Source of the DNA: Holophagales bacterium UBA5704
GTDB taxonomy: Bacteria > Acidobacteriota > Thermoanaerobaculia > Multivoradales > UBA5704
Direction of reading: 5' to 3'
Assembly (NCBI GenBank): GCA_002420005.1
Contig: DIHE01000147.1
Coordinates: 36,006-100,005, forward strand
DNA length: 64,000 nucleotides
Below the pieces are notes generated by a model that saw nothing but the letters and a program-made list of their open reading frames with translations, was not told the DNA's origin and ran no database searches. The first letter of the stretch is position 1. Every line of letters starts with the position of its first letter. A program made the position numbers and the translations under genes. Shown piece after piece: positions 56,331 through 64,000 of the stretch.

Positions 56331-59300
56331 GGCTCCTCCTCCTCTTCCCGCTCCTCCTTGGCCGCCAGACGCCAGACGCCCAGGAGCGCCTCCTCCGCCG
56401 CCCCGGCCGGCGGAGCCTCGCGCGCCCGCCCGGCCCATTCGAACAGGCGCAGGCGGGCGCCCGAATCACCGCGCAGGCAGGCCTCCGCGACCGCGCAGTA
56501 GCTGCAACGAGGCGGCTCGTTGCGCCCGGCCGGATCGACCACCCGCGGAAAGAACGCGCCGGCATCCCACACCGCCAGGGTCGCGCCCACCGCGTGCGCG
56601 AACGCCGCCGTGGCCTCGCGGTCGTCGGTGGTCACCGCGTGCTCGCGCGCCGCGGGATCGTCGATCTCCGGCTTCAGATACAGGTAGCGCCCCAGCGCCG
56701 GCGCCCCCCCGGCGGCGAGCAGATAGGCGGCGGCCTGGAGGAGCGTCCCCTGCCGCAGGCGCTCCAGGAAATGCCGGCGGCGCACCTCCGGCTTGCGGGC
56801 GGAGGACAACGGCCGGCCGGTCTTGTAATCGGTGAAACGGAGCCCCTCCGGCAGGGAGTCGACGCGGTCGGAGCGGAAGCGCAGGCTCCGCGGACGCCCC
56901 GTGGCGTCGAGCACCTCGACGGTGTCCACCGTCTCGGCGTGGAGCACGGGCACCGCGGCGCCGCCCGGCCAGTCCATCTCCGCGGCCACGGCGAGAAACG
57001 GCCGCGCACGCTCGGCGAGCGCCCGGGTGAGCCCCGGCAGGGTGATCCCTTCCAGGGCCAGGAGCCGCCGCGACTCCGCGAGCAGCAGCTCCTCCAGGCG
57101 CCCGGCGGCCGGCCAGGTGACGGCCGCCGGCTCCGCGGCCTCGCGGACGATCCGTTCCAGCACCGCGTGGATCACGTTGCCGAGCAGGAGCGGATCGGTC
57201 CCGGGGAGGGCGGCGAGCGGATCGGGCGTCGGCTCCAGCCGCAGGACCCGGCCGAGGAAGACCTGCCAGGGGCAGCTCGCCAGATTCTCCAGGTGGGTCA
57301 CGTAGAGGTCCCGGTGGACGCCCCCGAGGCCGCCGACGAACCCGTAGTACGGCCCCAGCCGTGCGCGCACCGCCCGCCCCTCGGGCAGGCGCAGGTCGGG
57401 GTCCATCTCGTCGAGGACGGCGATGCGGACCTCGGCCAGGCGTTGCGGATCGAGATCGAACGCCCCCGCCAGCTCCGCGCGCGCCTCGCCGAGCGCCACC
57501 GCGAGCACCCGGCCGAACGCCCGGCGCGGCGCCTGCAGCGCGGCGATCACCGCCTGCTCGTCCGCCGGGCGCAGGGCGTCCGTCCCCGCCCACAGCGAGG
57601 GAGCGCGCTGCACCTCGCGCGGGCCGCGCAGGAGCGGCGACGGCGACCGCGGCTTGCCCTCCTCGTCCGCCATCTGCCACGACAGGGTGACCGCCGGGCT
57701 TCCCGACAGGAGCCAGGCGAACAGATACCGCTCCTCGTCGAACCCGGCGCGTTTGATCGGCACGTCGGGCAGCACCCGCCGCAGCACCTGGCGCAGGTCG
57801 TCCGGCAGCAGCGGGTCCTCGCGGATGCCGCGCGGAAAGACGTCGCGGTTGAGGCCGAGGACGAACAGATGGTCGAACGTGCGACCGCGCGCCTCGGTGA
57901 CGTTCAACACCTGGGCGCCGCCGCCCGAGCCGCCGAGCGGGGAGAGGCCCACCGCGCCGCACGCCCGCACCACCAGCGGGCGCAGCTCCTCGCGGGTGAG
58001 CGGAAAATCCTCCGGCACCTCCCGCTCCAGCTCGGCCAGCGCGGCGAGGACCGCCCCGGTGTCCGCCGCCTCGCGGTCCCACCCGAGGTCGCTCACCAGC
58101 AGCGCGCGCAGCAGCCGGAAGTGCTCGTCCGCCCGCGCCTCCTCGGGCCAGGAGGCCAGCCGCTCGCGCACCCGTCCGGCCGTGCGCACCGCGGCGCGGA
58201 TCTGCGCCCCGTCCACCCGTCGGCGGGCCGCATAGGTCTCCCCTTCGTCGCCCCCCTCCTCCGCAGCGGCGGCGGTGCGCAGGCCCTGGCGGATCGGCAA
58301 GGCATAGCGGTCCTCGCGCAGAAACGCCGCGGGATCGAGATCCGCCACGTCGCGCAGCCGGCCGGCACCGAGGGAGTAGAACGCCAAGCGCAGATCGACC
58401 AGCAGACCGGCCATCGGACGCCGCCGGGCTCCCGCGGGGCCGGGCAGGCCGAGCGCGGCGACCGTGTCGAGCCAGCGGTCGGCGGGGACCTCCTCGCCGC
58501 GGCGCAGCAGCTCGAGAAACGCGCGGGCGCGCCGGCCCGCGGGCTCCAAGGAGCCGGTGGCCGCGACGCCCGAAAACGGCACCCCGAGCCGGCCGAGGTG
58601 GCGGCGCAGGGCGAGCGCATACGGCGCGAGATCGCGCCCGACGATCCCGATCCCCTCCGCCCGCGCTCCGCCGTCGAGCAGGGCGCGCACCCGGCGGGCC
58701 ACCTCGCGCGCCTCCGCCTCCGCCCCCACCGCCTCCACCCGCTCGATCCGCGGCGGCGGCGGGTCCGTCTCGCGCGGCGGCGGGGCCGGCACGAACCGGG
58801 AGACCATGGCCAGCCGCTCCGCGAACCTCTCGGTGAACGCGCGCTCCATCCCGCCGGTCGAGGACCCCGGAGCCGGCGGATGGTCGAGGATCAGGCGCGC
58901 CCCCTGGCGCAGCAGCTCCTGGAGGAAATCGGTGGCCACCCCGGTGGCGTCGGAAAAGCCGTAGATGAAGAGGGCGCGGTACGGCAGGACCCGTGCGGGA
59001 TCGGCGGCGAACAGCTCGGTGGCCCGCCGCAGCAGGGTCGACGCCCGGCCGAGCCCGAGCGCCGGGGCGAGCGCCTCGGTGCGGGCGGCGACGCGGACCA
59101 GGGCACGGGCGCGCTCCACCTCGGCCTTGGAGGCCACGCGCGGGCCGTCGGTCGCCAGCGCCTCGTCGATGGCCTCGGCCAGGTCGAGCTCCAGCCCGGC
59201 ATCGAGCAGGTCGCGCACCGTGCCGGCCACCGCGCCGTAGCCGTCCACCAGATCGTCGAGCCCCTTGCGCAGCACCGGCTCGAAGCGGGCGAGGCGCTGG

Positions 59301-59641
59301 GCGAGCACGTCGAAGAGGGGAGTCCCGCGCGGCACCGTCTCGCCGGCCCGCTCCAGGATCTCGCAGGCCAGCGCGTGCAGCGTCTGCACCGTCACCCCGG
59401 CGACCGACCGCCCCCGCCGCCGCACCAGCGCCGCCCCCAGATGCGCCCGCAAGCTGCGCGACGGCACCAGCAGACGCACCGGCCGCGCGAGCAGCCCCGG
59501 ATTCTTGCGCGCCTCGGCGAGCAGGGCATCGACCCGCGTCCACAGCAGAGCCTCGGCCGCCCGCGCCCCCCGCGCCACCCACACCTCCCCCGGGGCGCGC
59601 GGCGGCTCAGGGGCTTCGAACAGGCGGAGCTGCTGGGACAC
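56327..59641 (-). CDS. addB: AddB-like protein (inactive helicase fold plus PD-(D/E)xK nuclease with Fe-S cysteines)
   Basis: ARGRTFDHLFVLGLN, EERYLF, LASCPWQVFL, FRSDRVD...FTDYKTG, LQAAAY and CSYCAVAEAC. GAGG RBS before the GTG at 59641. Confidence 0.82.
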   Translation of the reverse strand: MSQQLRLFEAPEPPRAPGEVWVARGARAAEALLWTRVDALLAEARKNPGLLARPVRLLVPSRSLRAHLGAALVRRRGRSVAGVTVQTLHALACEILERAGETVPRGTPLFDVLAQRLARFEPVLRKGLDDLVDGYGAVAGTVRDLLDAGLELDLAEAIDEALATDGPRVASKAEVERARALVRVAARTEALAPALGLGRASTLLRRATELFAADPARVLPYRALFIYGFSDATGVATDFLQELLRQGARLILDHPPAPGSSTGGMERAFTERFAERLAMVSRFVPAPPPRETDPPPPRIERVEAVGAEAEAREVARRVRALLDGGARAEGIGIVGRDLAPYALALRRHLGRLGVPFSGVAATGSLEPAGRRARAFLELLRRGEEVPADRWLDTVAALGLPGPAGARRRPMAGLLVDLRLAFYSLGAGRLRDVADLDPAAFLREDRYALPIRQGLRTAAAAEEGGDEGETYAARRRVDGAQIRAAVRTAGRVRERLASWPEEARADEHFRLLRALLVSDLGWDREAADTGAVLAALAELEREVPEDFPLTREELRPLVVRACGAVGLSPLGGSGGGAQVLNVTEARGRTFDHLFVLGLNRDVFPRGIREDPLLPDDLRQVLRRVLPDVPIKRAGFDEERYLFAWLLSGSPAVTLSWQMADEEGKPRSPSPLLRGPREVQRAPSLWAGTDALRPADEQAVIAALQAPRRAFGRVLAVALGEARAELAGAFDLDPQRLAEVRIAVLDEMDPDLRLPEGRAVRARLGPYYGFVGGLGGVHRDLYVTHLENLASCPWQVFLGRVLRLEPTPDPLAALPGTDPLLLGNVIHAVLERIVREAAEPAAVTWPAAGRLEELLLAESRRLLALEGITLPGLTRALAERARPFLAVAAEMDWPGGAAVPVLHAETVDTVEVLDATGRPRSLRFRSDRVDSLPEGLRFTDYKTGRPLSSARKPEVRRRHFLERLRQGTLLQAAAYLLAAGGAPALGRYLYLKPEIDDPAAREHAVTTDDREATAAFAHAVGATLAVWDAGAFFPRVVDPAGRNEPPRCSYCAVAEACLRGDSGARLRLFEWAGRAREAPPAGAAEEALLGVWRLAAKEEREEEEEP

Positions 59642-59658
59642 GCCGAGCCTCTGAGCGG

Positions 59659-61563
59659 CTACACGTTCACCGTCAACGACGGATGCGGCTTCTCGCGCCG
59701 CTCCATCTCCTGGTCCTTGTACTGGAGGAGATAGAGGCGGTAGTAGATGCCGCGCAGGGCGAGCAGCTCCTGGTGGGTGCCGATCTCGCGGATCTCCCCT
59801 TTGTGCAGGACGAGGATGCGATCGGCCTTCTGGATGGTCGAGAGGCGGTGGGCGATGACGATGCTGGTGCGGCCTTCGAGCAGCCGGTCGAGGGCTTGCT
59901 GGATGAGCTGCTCGGTCTCGGTGTCGATCGACGAGGTCGCCTCGTCGAGGATGAGGATCCTGGGATCGAAGGCGAGGGCACGGGCGAAGGCGATGAGCTG
60001 CTTCTGGCCCACCGAGAGACCGGCGCCGCGCTCGCGCACCGGGGCGCCCAGGCCTCCCGGGAGGCGCTCGATGAACGGCAGGGCGTTCACCTCCGCCGCC
60101 GCCCAGCGCACGCGCGCGTCGTCGATGTCCGGATCGCCGAGCCGGATGTTGCCTTCGATCGTGCCGGCGAACAGGAAGACGTCCTGGAGGACCATGGCGA
60201 TGCTGCGCCGCAACCGCGCCAGATCCCACTCCCGCACGTCGACGCCGTCCACCTTCACCGCGCCCGCGTCCACGTCATAGAAGCGCAGCAGGAGATTCGC
60301 CAGGGTGCTCTTGCCGGCGCCGGTGTGGCCCACCACGGCCAGGGTCTCGCCCGGCTTCAGGTGGAACGAGACCCCGCGCAGCACCGGCTCCCCTTCCTTG
60401 TAGCTGAAACGCACCTGGTCGAGCTCGATCTCGCCGCGCACCTCGGCCGGCCGCCAGGCGTTCTCGGGGGAGGCCAGGCTCACCGGCGTGTCGAGAAGCT
60501 TGAACACCCGCTCCGAGCTCGCCATCGCCTGCTGCAGAAGGTTGTACTTCTCGGACAGGTCCGCGAGCGGCTGGTAGAAGCGCTGGGCATACTGGAGGAA
60601 GGCGATCAGCGCACCGACCGAGATCGCCTGCCCGATGACCTCCCGGCCGCCGACCCAGAGGATCAGGCCGAGGCCGATGGAGGTAATCAGCTCGACGCCG
60701 GGGAAGAACACCGCGTAGTAGAAGATGCCGCGCACGTTGGCGTCGCGGTGGTCGGCGTTGATCCCGTCGAACTCCTGGAACGCCCGGGCCTCCCGGTTGA
60801 ACAGCTGGACGACCGGCATGCCGGTCACGTGCTCCTGGAGAAAGGCGTTGATGCGGGCGATCTTCACCCGCACCTCGCGAAAGCTGTCGCGGACCTTGCG
60901 CTTGAACCAGAAGGTCAGCAGGAGGAGCAGGGGCACGATCGAGAACGCGGTCACGGCGAGGCGCCAGTCGAGCCAGAAGAGGACGCCCACGATGCCGGTG
61001 AGGAGCAGGACGTCGCCGAAGATCGTCACCACGCCGGAGGAGAGCATCTCGTTGAGCGCATCCACGTCCGTGGTCACCCGGGTCACCAGGCGGCCGATCG
61101 GGTTGCGGTCGTAGAACGAGACGGGCAGCCGCAGCAGGTGGCCGAAGATCTGCTGGCGCATGTCGTTCATCACGTACTGCCCCATGAGCTGCATGACATA
61201 GCCCTGGACGTACAGCACGATGAAAGTGAGAACGAGGGCGGCGAAGAAGATCCCGGAGACCACACCCAGGCCTTCCATGCGCACCGCCACCGGATCGATG
61301 CCACGCGCCAGCAGGGCGTCGCGGACCTGCACGCTCACCCGCGAGAGCTGCCCTTCGGCGCCCGCGGGGCGGATGAACAGGTCGAGCGCCACCGCCATGG
61401 TGAGCGGCCCGACGAGCTGCAGCAGGGAGGAGAGGAGGATCAGCGCCAGGGCGCCGGCCGTCATCCCCCGGTACGGGCGCAGATAGGCCAGCAGGCGGCG
61501 CATCAGCCGGCCGTCGTACGCCTTGCCCAGCGCCTCCTCTTCCTGATGGGACGGTTCGCTCAT
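59659..61563 (-). CDS. ABC exporter, fused permease/ATPase (MdlB/YfiC-like)
   Basis: TMD with GRLVTRVTTDVDAL, Walker A GHTGAGKST, LSVGQKQLIAFARAL and ILDEATSSID. Confidence 0.93.
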   Translation of the reverse strand: MSEPSHQEEEALGKAYDGRLMRRLLAYLRPYRGMTAGALALILLSSLLQLVGPLTMAVALDLFIRPAGAEGQLSRVSVQVRDALLARGIDPVAVRMEGLGVVSGIFFAALVLTFIVLYVQGYVMQLMGQYVMNDMRQQIFGHLLRLPVSFYDRNPIGRLVTRVTTDVDALNEMLSSGVVTIFGDVLLLTGIVGVLFWLDWRLAVTAFSIVPLLLLLTFWFKRKVRDSFREVRVKIARINAFLQEHVTGMPVVQLFNREARAFQEFDGINADHRDANVRGIFYYAVFFPGVELITSIGLGLILWVGGREVIGQAISVGALIAFLQYAQRFYQPLADLSEKYNLLQQAMASSERVFKLLDTPVSLASPENAWRPAEVRGEIELDQVRFSYKEGEPVLRGVSFHLKPGETLAVVGHTGAGKSTLANLLLRFYDVDAGAVKVDGVDVREWDLARLRRSIAMVLQDVFLFAGTIEGNIRLGDPDIDDARVRWAAAEVNALPFIERLPGGLGAPVRERGAGLSVGQKQLIAFARALAFDPRILILDEATSSIDTETEQLIQQALDRLLEGRTSIVIAHRLSTIQKADRILVLHKGEIREIGTHQELLALRGIYYRLYLLQYKDQEMERREKPHPSLTVNV

Positions 61564-61666
61564 CGGGCTACGATATCAAAGGGCGGGGTCCCCCTGCTTA
61601 TGCCCTTTCATCTATTCCGCACAACGGTGTAGACTACGCCCCAGTTTTCAACTCGGGAGTCCGTGC

Positions 61667-62791
61667 ATGCCGCCGACACTGAACCAGCTCCTCAAGGAAA
61701 TGGTCACCCAGGGAGGGTCCGACCTCCACCTCACCACCAACTCGCCGCCGCAGATCCGGGTGCACGGCCACTTGAAGCCGCTCGACGGGGTCAATCCCCT
61801 CACCCCGGCGGAGACCAAGCAGCTCGCCTACTCGATCCTGACGGACAACCAGAAGCACCGCCTGGAAGAGGACCTGGAGATCGACCTGTCGTTCGGGATC
61901 AAGGGGCTCGCCCGGTTCCGCGCCAACATCTTTCACCAGCGCGGCGCGATCGCCGGGGTGTTCCGGCAGATCCCGTTCGAGATCAAGGGGTTCAAGGAGC
62001 TGAACCTGCCGGCGGTGGTCGAGAAGCTGTGCGAGAAGCCGCGCGGCCTGATCCTGGTCACCGGGCCGACCGGCTCGGGCAAGTCGACGACGCTCGCCTC
62101 GATGCTCGACAAGATCAACCGCGAGCGGGCGGAGCACATGATCACCATCGAGGACCCGGTCGAGTTCCTGCACTCGCACAAGAAGTGCCTGGTCAACCAG
62201 CGCGAGGTGCACGCCGACACCCATGGTTTCTCGGCCGCCCTGCGATCGGCCTTGCGGCAAGACCCGGACGTGGTGCTGATCGGCGAGATGCGGGACCTGG
62301 AGACGATCGAGTCGGCCCTGCGCATCGCCGAGACGGGCCACTTGACGTTCGCCACCCTGCACACCAACTCGGCGGCGCAGTCGATCAACCGCATCATCGA
62401 CGTCTTCCCCGCCCACCAGCAGGGGCAGATCCGCGCCCAGCTCTCCATGGTGCTGGAGGGGATCCTTTGCCAGGCGCTGCTGCCCAAGGCGGACGGCAAG
62501 GGCCGGGTGATGGCGATGGAGATCCTGGTGCCGACCTCGGCCATCCGCAACCTGATCCGCGAGGACAAGGTGCACCAGATCTACGGCATGATGCAGACCG
62601 GCCAGGCGAAGTACGGGATGCAGACGTTCAATCAGACCCTGGCCTCGCTCTACTTCAAGCGGCTGATCACCTTGGAGACCGCGATCACCCGCTCCTCGCT
62701 GCCCGATGAGCTGCAGGAGATCATCAACCGGGGACCGGCCGCCCTGAACCCCACCGTGGGAGGAGCCCCGAGCGCCCCGGGGAGGAGTTGA
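61667..62791 (+). CDS. pilT: Type IV pilus retraction ATPase PilT
   Basis: SDLHL, GPTGSGKSTTLA, TIEDPVE, LRQDPDVVLIGEMRD, ETGHL..ATLHT and AIRNLIRE. Confidence 0.95.
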   Translation: MPPTLNQLLKEMVTQGGSDLHLTTNSPPQIRVHGHLKPLDGVNPLTPAETKQLAYSILTDNQKHRLEEDLEIDLSFGIKGLARFRANIFHQRGAIAGVFRQIPFEIKGFKELNLPAVVEKLCEKPRGLILVTGPTGSGKSTTLASMLDKINRERAEHMITIEDPVEFLHSHKKCLVNQREVHADTHGFSAALRSALRQDPDVVLIGEMRDLETIESALRIAETGHLTFATLHTNSAAQSINRIIDVFPAHQQGQIRAQLSMVLEGILCQALLPKADGKGRVMAMEILVPTSAIRNLIREDKVHQIYGMMQTGQAKYGMQTFNQTLASLYFKRLITLETAITRSSLPDELQEIINRGPAALNPTVGGAPSAPGRS

Positions 62792-62794
62792 GAC

Positions 62795-64000
62795 ATGCCC
62801 AGCTTCGAATGGAAAGGCCGCACCCGCGCCGGCAGCACCCAAGAGGGGGTCCTCCTCGCGGACAACCGCGACGCCGCCCTCTCCGTGCTGCGCCGGCAGC
62901 AGATCCAGGTCACCAACATCCGGGAGAAGGGGCGGGAGATCAAGCTGATCCCGCGGCTCGGCGGCTCGGTCAACCGCAAGCGCATCTCCATCTTCACCCG
63001 CCAGTTTTCGGTGATGCTGGACGCCGGCCTGCCCCTCGTGCAGTGCCTGGAGATCCTCGGCGGCCAGGAGGAGAACAAGACCTTCGCCGCGATCATCAAC
63101 GACGTGCGCAGCGACGTGGAGTCCGGCGCCACCATCGCCGACTCGATGCGCAAGCATCCGAAGGCGTTCGACAACCTCTACACCAACATGGTGGCGGCCG
63201 GCGAGGCCGGCGGTATCCTCGACATCATCCTGCAGCGCCTCTCGACCTACATCGAGAAGATCGTCAAGCTGAACAGCCAGGTGAAGTCGGCCCTGATCTA
63301 CCCGGTGGCGGTCATCGTCATCGCCGCCCTGGTGGTCTTCATCATCTTGTGGAAGGTCATCCCGGTGTTCGCCCAGCTTTTCGCCGGCCTCGGCGGCGAG
63401 ATGCCGCTCTTGACCCGGCTGGTCATCGGCGCCAGCAACTTCGTCGCCCGCTACTTCATCTTCGTGCTGATCGTCCTCGTCGCCGGCTTCTTCGCGATCG
63501 GCCGCTACCACCAGACCTACCGCGGCCGGCGGGTGCTGGACGGGCTGATGCTCAAGGTCCCGGTCATCGGCATGCTGCTGCGCAAGATCGCCGTGGCGCG
63601 GTTCTGCCGCACGCTGTCGACCTTGACCGCCTCGGGCGTGCCGATCCTCGACGGCCTGGAGATCACGGCGAAGACGGCCGGCAACGCGATCATCGAAGAC
63701 GCCGTGATGGCCGTGCGCAAGAGCGTCGAGGAAGGCCGGACGGTCAGCGAGCCGCTCGCCGAAACCAAAGTGTTTCCGGCCATGGTGGTGCAGATGATCA
63801 ACGTCGGTGAGCAGACCGGCGCCCTCGATCAGATGCTGTCGAAGATCGCCGACTTCTATGAAGAGGAGGTCGATACCGCGGTGGCCGGCCTCATGAAGCT
63901 GATCGAGCCGTTGATGATCTCCATCCTGGGCGTGGTCATCGGCACGATCGTGGCCGCCATGTACCTCCCCCTGTACTCGATCCTCACCAAGATCGGGTAG
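62795..64000 (+). CDS. pilC: Type IV pilus platform protein PilC (GspF family)
   Basis: FTRQFSVMLDAGLPL, GEAGGILD, SALIYP and GEQTGALDQML..IADFYEEEVD. Ends in a stop at the window edge. Confidence 0.95.
   Translation: MPSFEWKGRTRAGSTQEGVLLADNRDAALSVLRRQQIQVTNIREKGREIKLIPRLGGSVNRKRISIFTRQFSVMLDAGLPLVQCLEILGGQEENKTFAAIINDVRSDVESGATIADSMRKHPKAFDNLYTNMVAAGEAGGILDIILQRLSTYIEKIVKLNSQVKSALIYPVAVIVIAALVVFIILWKVIPVFAQLFAGLGGEMPLLTRLVIGASNFVARYFIFVLIVLVAGFFAIGRYHQTYRGRRVLDGLMLKVPVIGMLLRKIAVARFCRTLSTLTASGVPILDGLEITAKTAGNAIIEDAVMAVRKSVEEGRTVSEPLAETKVFPAMVVQMINVGEQTGALDQMLSKIADFYEEEVDTAVAGLMKLIEPLMISILGVVIGTIVAAMYLPLYSILTKIG

Noticed and set aside
52611..59641. Novel helicase-nuclease anti-phage defence system
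   Set aside because: Gene order, domain layout and the Fe-S cysteine pattern fit housekeeping AddAB, in a core-genome context with host-like composition.

Overview
A 64-kb, very GC-rich bacterial window. It is probably Acidobacteriota, Thermoanaerobaculia-like (inference from an ADOP-type duplicated ABC permease, large BNR-repeat secreted proteins and the overall gene repertoire). Most of it is housekeeping or general metabolism: SpsF-like sugar genes, ppx-phoB-phoR, MMPL-pgsA, groES-groEL with a CIRCE operator, nrfHA, dsbA-like, tmk-holB, SWIB, terC, an orphan pntA(dI), ggt, addB-addA, an ABC exporter and pilT-pilC. The standout is a metal-linked RiPP system at about 10.8-30.9 kb. A 47-aa His-rich precursor (MDFKNDIFEAVSATLSEDPVHSNTHNHALVHNPFAWEEDETSTPDAE, 12410-12553) lies at the C-terminal end of a longer spurious ORF in the track. 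A hairpin follows it, then a translationally coupled operon: E1/ocin-ThiF-like protein, flavin reductase, CocE/NonD hydrolase, YcaO, SagB/nitroreductase-like protein and a second YcaO. This resembles the actinobacterial streptamidine (ami) architecture, but has two YcaOs and sits in an apparently diderm host. The cluster is divergent from a COG0523 zinc-chaperone GTPase. It converges, across a low-GC insert carrying a YoeB-type toxin-antitoxin pair, on an operon for a TonB receptor, a FecB/CD/E-type ABC importer, a MacB-like permease and a Crp/Fnr regulator. That operon is headed by a DUF2946/CruR-like CxxC...RGPP leader ORF. Together these suggest an undescribed ribosomally made metallophore (inference). 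Other notable items are a CxxCH-type NrfA, Pho-box-like and DnaA-box-like arrays upstream of phoB, and a clamp-binding-like QLRLF motif at the AddB N-terminus. No rRNA, tRNA, CRISPR array or transposase was recognised. All calls were made by eye; no searches were run.
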